Shown: piece by piece, positions 9,194 through 17,899 of the stretch
Layout of the letters: each line of letters opens with the position of its first letter
Numbering within the stretch: position 1 is the first letter of the stretch
Source of the DNA: Planctomycetaceae bacterium
GTDB taxonomy: Bacteria; Planctomycetota; Phycisphaerae; Sedimentisphaerales; UBA12454
Length of the DNA: 64,000 nt
Assembly: GCA_021371795.1 (NCBI GenBank)
Contig: JAJFVK010000020.1
Span: 30,160 to 94,159, forward strand
Direction of reading: 5' to 3'
The notes under the pieces: model-generated
Databases searched by the model: none
What the model saw: only the letters and a program-made list of their open reading frames with translations
Told to the model about the DNA's origin: nothing
Position numbers and translations under genes: made by a program

Positions 9194-9673
9194 ATGTATG
9201 AAACTTTTTTTGGTAGAATATTAGCCTATATAGGAATGAAGCGGTTTTCTCGTTGTACCAGAAGGGTACTGCAGTTGGCTCGTCAGGAGGCCAAACGGCT
9301 TAATTCCCAGTATGTAGATTCCGAGCATGTTCTGCTTGCGCTCATAAAAGGCGAACGCGGCATTGCGGCCACAGTCTTGTTTAATCTGCGAATGAATTTT
9401 ACAGACGTTGAAAATGAGATTAGCAGGTTAATCGCAGCCCAATCTGAAGAGGCGAAAAAGAAAAACAACGGTTCGCAATCGAGAGATATAATTATGCGAG
9501 CCATCAAAGAATCCAAGGATATGAAGCATAATTGCGTTGGAACCGAAGATTTGCTTTTAGCTCTTCTTTATTTCAACGATGGAATAGCCGCACAGACGCT
9601 GACGAATCTTGAACTTGACTTCAAGAAAGTCCGGCCGGAAATAGAACGCATTCTCGGCGGTATGAGAGAATAG
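9194..9673 (+). CDS. Stand-alone Clp N-terminal (Clp_N repeat) domain protein
   Basis: Two Clp_N repeats: VDSEHVLLALIKGERGIAATVLFNL and VGTEDLLLALLYFNDGIAAQTLTNL. No AAA+ module follows. Confidence 0.7.
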   Translation: MYETFFGRILAYIGMKRFSRCTRRVLQLARQEAKRLNSQYVDSEHVLLALIKGERGIAATVLFNLRMNFTDVENEISRLIAAQSEEAKKKNNGSQSRDIIMRAIKESKDMKHNCVGTEDLLLALLYFNDGIAAQTLTNLELDFKKVRPEIERILGGMRE

Positions 9674-9685
9674 TAAATATCCATA

Positions 9686-10471
9686 TCATTGAGCGGCTTG
9701 AGCCTTTAAGAGCAAATCAGCAATCCACTGCTCAAAATAAAACGGATACGTATTCAGTTTCAGCGTTTCACCAGGAAAATCACAGCCGTGCTTTTTTAAT
9801 GCGGTTTCAAGTCGGCCGACATCATTTGGAAAATCCTGCGTTACGATTTTCAAATATATTTCTTTCAGTTTGCTCAGCCGCTTTTTCTTTTTTTCAGGTG
9901 TTTCGCCGGCCGCTCTGAAAAATTCATACACAGTTTTGACCGGTATTCCCGGCTTGAAAAATTTCTCAAGTCGCTGCGGGATTTTGTCCGGCAAAGCGTT
10001 ATCGTGATACATCGCCAAATCGAGCAGTTCTTTGTGTGTGTAATATAAAAAAGGATTGCCGAAGAAAACCGCAGGGCTGTAATCCCGCCGCAAATCCGCC
10101 AGATAACTCTGAAACGCGTTAATGCCTTTGCTTTCCAGCAGAAAGCTGGCAGGGCCGTCGCCGATAAGAACGGTATAGCAATAATTATTCAGGTCCGGAC
10201 GATTGAACCGGACTATATCGCTGTATGCCTGCTGAAGTTTTGGTTTGGTTTGCGTGCGAACATCGATGATTAATAATCGTGAATCGGTGGTATCGCGGGC
10301 GGATTTCAGAATATCCGTTGGCGTAATAGTTTCTTTACCGCCGGCCGGGAGGATTAATTCGACATTTTTTATAGCAGAATATTCGGTGATTCGCTGGTAA
10401 ATATCATCGGCAAGGACGCTGTCGAGTGTGATAATGTGTATTTTGTTTTTTCGTTCTGTGTAATGCAGCAT
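9686..10471 (-). CDS. Hypothetical protein (261 aa), no family recognised
   Basis: Long clean ORF, convergent with the Clp_N gene across a 12-nt gap. Confidence 0.6.
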   Translation of the reverse strand: MLHYTERKNKIHIITLDSVLADDIYQRITEYSAIKNVELILPAGGKETITPTDILKSARDTTDSRLLIIDVRTQTKPKLQQAYSDIVRFNRPDLNNYCYTVLIGDGPASFLLESKGINAFQSYLADLRRDYSPAVFFGNPFLYYTHKELLDLAMYHDNALPDKIPQRLEKFFKPGIPVKTVYEFFRAAGETPEKKKKRLSKLKEIYLKIVTQDFPNDVGRLETALKKHGCDFPGETLKLNTYPFYFEQWIADLLLKAQAAQ

Positions 10472-10678
10472 AGTAAAGTTCAGTCTTATATAAACTTATT
10501 ATACTTTACCAAAAAATCTGTCAAATTGCACGTCTTTTTCTTATTGGAAGTTGATTTTCTGCCGTCCCCCGTTAGATGTTAGAAGAGCTGCTGCCGGGGG
10601 GGCGTTGCAAGGCCGTGCGTCTCCGTTTTTCTGAAATTTCAATTTTCAAATTTTCAATCTTAAAGGCTATCTCTAAAA

Positions 10679-10879
10679 ATGCAAAAAATCAGAGCCGTGA
10701 GCGTTGAAGCCGCAACTGAAACCCTTACAAAACCGGATAACTCCACTATTGCACATACCTCGTCTTTCGGGTATGATAGTCTCTCGCAGTTGACCGCCGC
10801 CAATATAAGCAATATCAGCGGTTCAACGTGGGTAGGCAGTTATATACTGATCGCGATTGAATTTTGCCTGTTGAAATAA
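10679..10879 (+). pseudogene. Possible YD/RHS-repeat gene fragment
   Basis: SSFGYDSLSQLTAANISNISGSTW resembles a YD repeat unit. It is isolated, short and ends in junk sequence. Confidence 0.3.
10686..10710 (+). repeat. 25-nt dispersed repeat, copy 1 of 2
   Basis: AAATCAGAGCCGTGAGCGTTGAAGC matches 42646-42670 at 23 of 25 positions. CTAAAAAT is also shared just upstream. Confidence 0.6.
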
Positions 10880-11117
10880 ACGCCAAAGGACGAGAGATTT
10901 TTGAAAAGGTGTTTTAATGCCAAAAAACATATTTACGTTTATGTTATTGTGCAATGAGAACTGCAATATCAGTAGTTTTATTATTACTATTACATGAAGT
11001 TTTTTTTAAAAGACTTGGACAATTTTCGCAAGTACTTTTTATGATAATTTTTCTTATAGTGATAATAGTAATAATCATCCTTACAGACCGGATGGATGGG
11101 TAAAAAATCCGAAATGT

Positions 11118-11135
11118 ATAATTAGGGACAGCCAC
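11118..11135 (+). repeat. 18-bp direct repeat ATAATTAGGGACAGCCAC, copy 1
   Basis: Identical to 11452-11469. Lies just past the stop of the transposase fragment. Confidence 0.8.
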
Positions 11136-11148
11136 TAATGGCGTTTCC

Positions 11149-11469
11149 TTAAGCTGCATAAGCTGCCCTCCATTGCTCTCGTGTCTTTCGTAATTTCGGA
11201 TAATGTTTACGTTCTCGTGTCACCGCTCTCGGTTCTTTTCTGCCAGGCCTTTCTGGAACAAGATATGTCCCAATTTCCACAAGCATTGCTTTATATATCT
11301 GCGGCAGTTGCCATATCGGCTCACTGGCAAAGGCTGGCGAAAAATATAAAATCGTCCTGACGCTACAAACAAAACTAATTCTGATCGGATCAATATTTTG
11401 TGCCGCAGCAGCTTCCAGCATAATCGTCCTCACAATGTTTACAGCTATCGAATAATTAGGGACAGCCAC
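11149..11469 (-). pseudogene. C-terminal fragment of an IS4-type DDE transposase
   Basis: IDPIRISF...LVPERPGRKEPRAVTRERKHYPKLRK resembles IS4-family C-termini. The N-terminal ~300 aa are missing. Confidence 0.45.
11452..11469 (+). repeat. 18-bp direct repeat ATAATTAGGGACAGCCAC, copy 2
   Basis: Identical to 11118-11135. Forms the 5' boundary of the transposase fragment. Confidence 0.8.
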
Positions 11470-11526
11470 CTATTATTTTAAACCTTGCGTTTTGGTTTTA
11501 CGTTTTTAGTTTCTCGGCATAGTTAT

Positions 11527-11561
11527 ACTAACGACTAACAGCCATCAACTAACAACTAATT
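11527..11561 (+). repeat. Heptanucleotide tandem array (ACTAACn-like) x5
   Basis: ACTAACG ACTAACA GCCATCA ACTAACA ACTAATT. Confidence 0.75.
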
Positions 11562-11602
11562 TGCTTTAAGGCAATGCCTGTACAGGCGAAAAAATAAAAA
11601 GA

Positions 11603-11651
11603 CAACCTCGGACAAAGCTCGCTTGGGTAGAGGTTGCTTTTGATTTTTTTT
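11603..11651. terminator. Terminator-like hairpin with flanking A/T runs, no gene attached
   Basis: CAACCTC - 20 nt - GAGGTTG, then CTTTTGATTTTTTTTT. An A-rich run lies upstream. Confidence 0.4.
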
Positions 11652-11671
11652 CAGTGTCCGCAGGACACGCC

Positions 11672-11762
11672 TTTAAAGCGAAGCCGTGTAAATCCGTGTC
11701 TAAAAAAATAGTCCTCTGTGCGTCTCTGTGTCGCTCTGCTGAAGCGAAGCGAAAGCCCTCGG
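11672..11762 (+). repeat. Dispersed intergenic element, module 1, copy A (TTAAAGC..GTGTAAATCCGTGTCT..CTCTGTG repeats)
   Basis: Shares GTGTAAATCCGTGTCT(T)AAAAAA and an identical 18-mer CGTCTCTGTGTCGCTCTG with 46101-46176. Confidence 0.7.
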
Positions 11763-11898
11763 TTTTTGAGAAATTTTATGCCTCGAAAATAAAATTTAGA
11801 GAGGGTGGCTAACAAAAAATCCGGTTTAATCCGCGAGAATCCGCGGTTCAAAAATCTGCAAGTTTCATAAACACCGATTTTTCATTTCTGTTATTTCT

Positions 11899-11975
11899 GA
11901 CGATTTCACTGCCATTTATTATCGTTCCAGTTGATTTCAGTGCATTTTACTGTGATTTAGTAATTTTTTTTGTTT
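11899..11975 (+). repeat. Dispersed intergenic element, module 2, copy A (GACGATTTCACT... phased T-tracts)
   Basis: Roughly three-quarters identical by eye, ungapped, to 46344-46419. T-tracts recur about every 10-11 nt. Confidence 0.65.
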
Positions 11976-12028
11976 GTGAAACTTGCGCCTTGCGTAATTT
12001 TGCGATAAGAACGCGCAATTTCTATTTG

Positions 12029-12052
12029 CTACTGGCTACTGACTACTACTAA
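12029..12052 (+). repeat. Heptanucleotide tandem array (CTACTnn) x~3.5
   Basis: CTACTGG CTACTGA CTACTAC TAA. Confidence 0.6.
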
Positions 12053-12425
12053 TAGTGTATATGAAATTTTGCGCAAGCGAAGACTTGCGCCGATTTTGTG
12101 ATTTTTCGAAAAAATTGATTTTTGAGACTGATTTTGATATGTTTTTTTGCCTTTTGCCGATTACTTGCGCGTTTTAAAGGCTGTTTTTGGCGAAAAACTG
12201 AAAAATTACAAAAAACGATAATCTGATATTTGGCAGACAGTTAGAAGAAAAACTGCTCAAAACGTGCGCATTCTTATTTTGAGCAAAACCGGCTGTAAGT
12301 CTTTATTTTTTGTTATGCTGTGCGGATATTACTTGCGCATTTTGTGTTATTGACTATACAGCGGGAACTTTGCAGGCAGGGCAAATGGCTATGGAAAAAT
12401 TTTAACATAGATATATAATTCTCTT

Positions 12426-12608
12426 ATGAAATTGAAATGTCCGGTATGTAAAAAGAAGATTGACGCTGACAGGAAGGAAGCCTGTTTTCCGTTCTGCAGC
12501 GAACGGTGTAAGCTGGTTGACCTTAATTCGTGGTTTAGCGGCGATTATACGATTTGTTCGCCTATTCCGGATGAAATGAAGAAAGATTTGGAAAATAAGC
12601 TGGAATAA
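12426..12608 (+). CDS. yacG: DNA gyrase inhibitor YacG (zinc finger)
   Basis: CPVCKK....FPFCSERCKLVDLNSWFSGDY. Confidence 0.8.
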   Translation: MKLKCPVCKKKIDADRKEACFPFCSERCKLVDLNSWFSGDYTICSPIPDEMKKDLENKLE

Positions 12609-12660
12609 GGGGTTAAAAGGGAGTACTATGTCAAGTCCATTATATTAAGGATGCAGAAAG

Positions 12661-14001
12661 ATGACGGAGCAGAATACAGAAGAAAAAAAGCAGAATTTTG
12701 AGTTCCGGGTGTCGGATTTACTTTTTCCAAATGTTTTTAAGACTTTCAGGATTGCGATTCAGCCTGCCAGGTTGATAACGGCGTTTCTTGCGCTGGCGAT
12801 CATATATTCTGCCGGCTGGCTGATGGATTTCCGTAAGACGGTAGTGGTGTCTGGGAAATTATCGACATCGGATTTGAGGACATCGACTCTCGACGGCTCA
12901 CGGGTATGGCCGACGGAGCTGCACTGCTTTATAACTTATCCCGACAGGATGGAGAATTTCTTAAAGGTTTATGCGGAACGGACAAAAACTCAAAGGCAGG
13001 GCGTATTTAATGTGTTTTCCAATTTCTGCCTGGCGAATTTTAACGATGGTACGGTTTATTTTGTGCAGTTGAACTTTGGCAAAACGATACAGGCGATAAG
13101 TAATTGTTTTATGGCTTGTGTTTGGGTTCTGGAATATCATACTATTTACGGAATAATTTTCCTTTCGATATTGTTTGTGGTGTTCTCGCTTGCGGGCGGG
13201 GCGATATGCAGGGGGGCTGCGTTTCATTTTACGCGGGACGAACGACTGGGGGCAGGGGCGTGTATCGCATTTGCCGTAAAAAGATGTGTACCTTTGCTCT
13301 TTGCGCCGACGGCGCCTTTGGTATTGGCGGCACTGCTGGGGTTTGTCATTGTGTCGATGCTGGGGTTGATGGCGAACATTCCTTACGCTGGTGAGGTTGT
13401 ACTGGCGGTTTTCTTCGTATTGGTGTTAATTTGTGGCGGTCTGATGGCTTATGCCGCAATTTGGGGGATTGGCAGTTGGAACCTGATGTACAGCGCGATA
13501 GCCTGTGAAAAAACCGATACATTTGACGCGATGTGCAGGGCGTACAGTTATGTAAATTCCCGACCATGGAGGCTGGCGATTTATACGATACTTGCGGGAT
13601 TTTACGGCGGGATATGCTATTTATTTGTGCGATTTTTCGCGTTTATGATGCTCGTAACCAGCCGATGGTTCCTGGATTTTGGAATATGGACGCAAAGCCA
13701 AAAAGGTGCGCAGATTGAAAAAATCGACGCTATATGGCCGAAACCGGAATATTTTAATCTTTTCGGTGCGGCAGCCGATTTTTCAAAGCCTGTAACGCAA
13801 ACTATTGCCTCTGCGGTGGTGCATTGCGAGATTCTTATTGTGTCGGGGCTTGTGATGGCTTTTGTACTTAGTTTCTACTTTTCAGCCGGTACAATTATTT
13901 ACTGTTTACTGCGGAAAAAAATTGACAACATACCTCTTGATAGTGTATTTATAGAGCCAGTTTCAACACAGAATCCACAGCAACAAGCAACTAATATATA
14001 A
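12661..14001 (+). CDS. Polytopic membrane protein, unknown function
   Basis: 446-aa ORF with many hydrophobic segments. No motif recognised. Confidence 0.65.
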   Translation: MTEQNTEEKKQNFEFRVSDLLFPNVFKTFRIAIQPARLITAFLALAIIYSAGWLMDFRKTVVVSGKLSTSDLRTSTLDGSRVWPTELHCFITYPDRMENFLKVYAERTKTQRQGVFNVFSNFCLANFNDGTVYFVQLNFGKTIQAISNCFMACVWVLEYHTIYGIIFLSILFVVFSLAGGAICRGAAFHFTRDERLGAGACIAFAVKRCVPLLFAPTAPLVLAALLGFVIVSMLGLMANIPYAGEVVLAVFFVLVLICGGLMAYAAIWGIGSWNLMYSAIACEKTDTFDAMCRAYSYVNSRPWRLAIYTILAGFYGGICYLFVRFFAFMMLVTSRWFLDFGIWTQSQKGAQIEKIDAIWPKPEYFNLFGAAADFSKPVTQTIASAVVHCEILIVSGLVMAFVLSFYFSAGTIIYCLLRKKIDNIPLDSVFIEPVSTQNPQQQATNI

Positions 14002-14020
14002 TTGAAAGTCAGCATAATTT

Positions 14021-15964
14021 ATGACACAAGAAAAACAGGATACACAACAGGAAACATGCCCAACACCCGAAAACGGGAGTTTCGTGCTTCGGTTTCGTAA
14101 GCAGGCAATAGTACTTGTGCATATCGGTATCTTTGCGATAAGCCTGATGATGGCATTTTTGCTTGTGAACAATATGCAGTTCCAGAACGAATGGTTTTTA
14201 AAGCTGTATCCCAAAACACTGTTGTTTTTCGTGATTGTAAAGATATTTGTCTTTGCGGCATTCAAACAATACCAGGGGTGGTGGCGGTATGTAAGCATTT
14301 CCGATTTGCTGTCAATAGTTAAGGCTTCGCTCGTCAGTACGCTGATTATCGTAATTGCCTGGGTGGCTGTGGCGGCAGTGGAGCCGATAAGACAATGGGT
14401 AAATGAACTGTTCGGATTCAGTCAGGCGGTTTTTATTCTCGATATGTTCGCAACGATTGTTCTGATGGGCGGAATGAGAATGGCTGTTCGGCTTTATCAC
14501 GAGGAATTTCATACCGAACAGGCGGGAAAACTGAAAAGATTTCTGATTGTCGGTGCAGGTAATGCCGGCGAGTCTCTGCTTCGCGAACTGCATCGTATGC
14601 AGGTTGAACAATATGATGTTATAGGTTTTATCGATGACGACCCCGCAAAAAGAGGCGTAAATATTCACGGGATTCCTGTGCTGGGGAATGTCGATGACCT
14701 GCTGAAAGTTTGCAAAGATAATAGTATAGATGAAATCGCGATAGCTATGCCGAGTGCAACGGCAAAACAACTGCGAAAAGTAGTTCAAATATGTGAAGGT
14801 ACGAAAACGCGATTCAGAACAGTGCCTTCAGTGGCGGATATCGCAAGTGGCAGATTCAGAGTATCGCAAATAAGAGATGTTGATATTAACGACTTGCTTG
14901 GCCGTGAAGCTGTTCAGCTTGACCTTGCGACAATCGGGAAATATCTCGATGATAAAGTAATTCTTGTTACCGGAGCCGGCGGGTCAATCGGTTCTGAAAT
15001 GTGCAGACAGGTCTGTAATTTCAAGCCGGAGCTTTTGCTGCTGGTCGAACAGACTGAAAATTCACTGTTTTTTATCGAACGCGAACTTCGCAAAAGTTTT
15101 CCAACGGTCGCGATGGAAGCCATTATCTGCGATATCACAGACAAAAAACGTGTCGAACAAATTTTCACAAAGTATAAGCCAAACGTTGTAATTCACGCGG
15201 CAGCGCATAAACATGTGCCGCTTATGGAAACTAATCCGGGTGAAGCTTTAAAAAATAATATCATAGGGACAAAGACGGTGGCCGATGCTTCGGACAGGTT
15301 TGGCACCGAAAGCTTTGTGATGATAAGCACCGATAAGGCTGTCAATCCGACAAGCATTATGGGCTCAACAAAACGTGTATCTGAATTGTATATTCAAGAC
15401 CTGGACAGAACGAGCGAGACGGCGTTTGTAACCGTGCGGTTTGGAAATGTGCTGGGCTCAAACGGCTCGGTAGTTCCGATATTTAAAAGCCAAATCGCAG
15501 CAGGCGGCCCTGTTACAATAACGCATCCGGAAATGCGAAGATACTTTATGACGATTCCCGAAGCATCGCAACTGGTTTTGCAGGCGGCGACAATGGGCAA
15601 TGGCGGCGAAATATTCGTACTCGATATGGGCGAGCCGGTGAAAATTGTTGACCTTGCGAAAGAACTTATTACCTTGAGCGGTTTCAGGCCGGGTGAAGAT
15701 ATCGAAATTGTTTTCTCGGGTACACGGCCGGGCGAAAAACTTTTCGAAGAATTGTCCATCAAAGGCGAAGATATGGTTATGACACGCCATCCGAAAATCA
15801 GTATCTGGCAGAAGAATCAGCCGTTGGACAGGGAAGCGTTAAGAGAAAAAATCACTAATCTCGTCGGAATAGCCGATTTGCAGAATCATAAACAAATTGT
15901 TTCTTTCATCAAAGAAATTGTGCCGGAATATATCGGCGACAAAGTCAACGTGAACAATAGTTGA
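14021..15964 (+). CDS. Membrane-anchored NDP-sugar 4,6-dehydratase/epimerase for polysaccharide biosynthesis (CapD/PglF/WbpM-like)
   Basis: N-terminal TM helices, two Rossmann motifs (IVGAGNAGE and VTGAGGSIGSE), and a downstream YxxxK-type SDR core. Confidence 0.85.
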   Translation: MTQEKQDTQQETCPTPENGSFVLRFRKQAIVLVHIGIFAISLMMAFLLVNNMQFQNEWFLKLYPKTLLFFVIVKIFVFAAFKQYQGWWRYVSISDLLSIVKASLVSTLIIVIAWVAVAAVEPIRQWVNELFGFSQAVFILDMFATIVLMGGMRMAVRLYHEEFHTEQAGKLKRFLIVGAGNAGESLLRELHRMQVEQYDVIGFIDDDPAKRGVNIHGIPVLGNVDDLLKVCKDNSIDEIAIAMPSATAKQLRKVVQICEGTKTRFRTVPSVADIASGRFRVSQIRDVDINDLLGREAVQLDLATIGKYLDDKVILVTGAGGSIGSEMCRQVCNFKPELLLLVEQTENSLFFIERELRKSFPTVAMEAIICDITDKKRVEQIFTKYKPNVVIHAAAHKHVPLMETNPGEALKNNIIGTKTVADASDRFGTESFVMISTDKAVNPTSIMGSTKRVSELYIQDLDRTSETAFVTVRFGNVLGSNGSVVPIFKSQIAAGGPVTITHPEMRRYFMTIPEASQLVLQAATMGNGGEIFVLDMGEPVKIVDLAKELITLSGFRPGEDIEIVFSGTRPGEKLFEELSIKGEDMVMTRHPKISIWQKNQPLDREALREKITNLVGIADLQNHKQIVSFIKEIVPEYIGDKVNVNNS

Positions 15965-15980
15965 TTTAATATTTTATATT

Positions 15981-16253
15981 TTACTTTTTTTTGCTTAGAG
16001 TTTTTTTTGTGGAATAAAGAATTAATGTAAGTTCTTTTGCTTCATTTAACAAATTTTTGACTTTATTCTCACTTACAAGATTTTCTTTAAAGAGAAAATT
16101 CAATCCAAAACTATCTCCATCAACGACCATACAGGCAGTTGAGCCATCGAGTCGAACAGACGAAATCATTGTTGTCGTATGCCAGTGGCCAGATGGGGTA
16201 TACTGCGAAATATTATAAGCGATATGATGGGAGTTTCCAGAAAAAATGCGCAT
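15981..16253 (-). CDS. Doubtful small ORF (90 aa). Its C-terminus resembles the end of four-helix-bundle (23S IVS-type) proteins.
   Basis: The ATG lies immediately after the xerC/D terminator T-run. The region is AT-rich and the N-terminal half matches nothing. Possibly a remnant. Confidence 0.2.
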   Translation of the reverse strand: MRIFSGNSHHIAYNISQYTPSGHWHTTTMISSVRLDGSTACMVVDGDSFGLNFLFKENLVSENKVKNLLNEAKELTLILYSTKKTLSKKK

Positions 16254-16280
16254 AAAAAAAGCCCGTTCAACCGAACGGGC
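16254..16280 (-). terminator. Rho-independent terminator of the recombinase gene
   Basis: On the minus strand, GCCCGTTC-GGTT-GAACGGGC followed by T7-8, 8 nt after the stop. Confidence 0.7.
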
Positions 16281-16287
16281 ATTGAAA

Positions 16288-17283
16288 TTAGCTGTTGTGC
16301 TGGTTTTCGACCTGCTCGTCGCGTGGATGAGCTTCATCGTAAACTTCCTTGATTTTCTTTGTTGTTAAATGCGTGTAAATCTGCGTTGTTGAAAGCGACT
16401 GGTGGCCTAAAAGCTCCTGTACGCTTCTTAAATCCGCACCATTATTCAGCAGATGGGTTGCGAAGCTGTGTCTTAATGTGTGCGGGCTGATTGACGGGTC
16501 AAGGCCTGCCATCTTCAGGTACTTGTCCATTTTTCTGCGTACGCTTCTTGTGCTCAATCTCTTGCCGTGCTTATTGACGAAAAGAACTTTCGAATCAAAA
16601 TTGGCATTGTTCTGGGCACGTCTGTTTCGATATTCCATATAATGCTGTATAGATTGCAGGGCAGAGGAGCCAATCGGTGAGATTCTTTCCTTTTTGCCTT
16701 TGCCGCGAACATGAAGTACTTCGCCGAGGAAGTCAACGTCTTCGATATTCAACGCGACCAGTTCGCTGACTCTGACACCTGTGCCATAGAGTGTTTCCAT
16801 AATGGCACGGTCTCTTGCGCCGAGCCAACTGTCGGCAGGGGGTGTTTCGAGCAGTGTCTTTACCTGTTCGTATTCGAGGAACTTCGGCAGTTTCTTGTCC
16901 TGCTTTGGCGTTCTGACTGCTGTAACTGGATTGTTCTGCAGATAGTTTCTTTTTACCAGAAATTTATAAAAGCTTCGCAGTGTAGCCAGTTTCCTTGCGG
17001 AAGTGGACTTTGAATACTGCTTGTCATTCAAGTGAGCCATATAGGTTCTGACTAAATCGGTCGTAAGCGTTAGAAGCAATTGCTCGACCTTCGTCTGCGT
17101 TTGAGTAGCTACTCCGCCGGCTGAATTATCAGAAGCAGTCCAATCTGATTGTGAAGCCTGTCCGCTGATATACTGACAAAATTGCTCAAGGTCAGCATGA
17201 TAGCATTTCGCGGTGTGTTCGGAAAAATGCTTTTCAAATTTCAGATAGTCCAAAAACTCATTGATAATAACACAATTTGCCAT
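16288..17283 (-). CDS. Tyrosine site-specific recombinase, XerC/XerD type
   Basis: Motifs: ARDRAIMETLYGTGVRVSEL, HTLRHSFATHLLNNGADLRSVQELLGHQSLSTTQIYTH. I prefer ATG 17283 (GGAG 6 nt upstream). The track's TTG 17340 would overlap the upstream ORF. Confidence 0.85.
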   Translation of the reverse strand: MANCVIINEFLDYLKFEKHFSEHTAKCYHADLEQFCQYISGQASQSDWTASDNSAGGVATQTQTKVEQLLLTLTTDLVRTYMAHLNDKQYSKSTSARKLATLRSFYKFLVKRNYLQNNPVTAVRTPKQDKKLPKFLEYEQVKTLLETPPADSWLGARDRAIMETLYGTGVRVSELVALNIEDVDFLGEVLHVRGKGKKERISPIGSSALQSIQHYMEYRNRRAQNNANFDSKVLFVNKHGKRLSTRSVRRKMDKYLKMAGLDPSISPHTLRHSFATHLLNNGADLRSVQELLGHQSLSTTQIYTHLTTKKIKEVYDEAHPRDEQVENQHNS

Positions 17284-17323
17284 TTTGTTCTCCATATCGT
17301 TAATCCACGACGAAGGGACATTT

Positions 17324-17566
17324 TTAATCCTTAGGCTCAATCATCTGTGGAGCCTTATCGTTTAGTAATTTATCTGCTTCTGTGATTAGGGATTGGGTAA
17401 GTTTGAAACTCAAGACTGCGGCATCGAACCAATCGAAGTTAGTTTTGTTGTCCTTTGCGGAAACAACAAGGGCATCCAGCAGTAAATCTTCACAGCCAGA
17501 CTCATAACGAAATACATACTTTTCGTCGCCTTTTGTAAGAACAAGCTGTCGTAAATTTCTCTGCAT
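17324..17566 (-). CDS. Hypothetical small protein (80 aa)
   Basis: Clean ORF directly upstream of the recombinase gene on the same strand. No motif recognised. Confidence 0.4.
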   Translation of the reverse strand: MQRNLRQLVLTKGDEKYVFRYESGCEDLLLDALVVSAKDNKTNFDWFDAAVLSFKLTQSLITEADKLLNDKAPQMIEPKD

Positions 17567-17899
17567 CTCAATACCTGAACAGAATAAATATTTCTACCGA
17601 ATAATTATCGGGCTGAAAGGGCAGACCGATAACTGAAAAATTAATTTTTTTCAAAATTACCCGAATTACGCGGGTTAGCTCTTTTGTATATAGAGCAACT
17701 CTACAGGTTTATCGGCGAACATTAGGCAAATTCTTTAGGGGGAAGCATAAAAGATTTGAAATAATTAATTTTGTAAGTGCTTTTTAAAAAAGGTAGTTAG
17801 AGAGGCTGTCCGGATTTAAAATATAAAGTTAAAATATAAAATTTATACTTAATTTAATCGTAACTCCGTAAAAATTAGAGAGTTATGGAGTGTAAATAG

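Noticed and set aside
11651-11851. 66-aa minus-strand ORF
   Set aside because: It is composed of the repeat element (module 1 copy A), with no RBS and no coding signal.
10472-12425. Possible replication origin, because the stretch is long, AT-rich, repeat-laden and noncoding
   Set aside because: I found no TTATCCACA-type DnaA boxes and no dnaA, dnaN or gidA neighbours. The repeats are better explained as dispersed elements and debris.
16288-17340. Long form of the recombinase starting at TTG 17340
   Set aside because: It would overlap the upstream ORF by 17 nt. ATG 17283 has a GGAG at optimal spacing and gives a typical Xer N-terminus.
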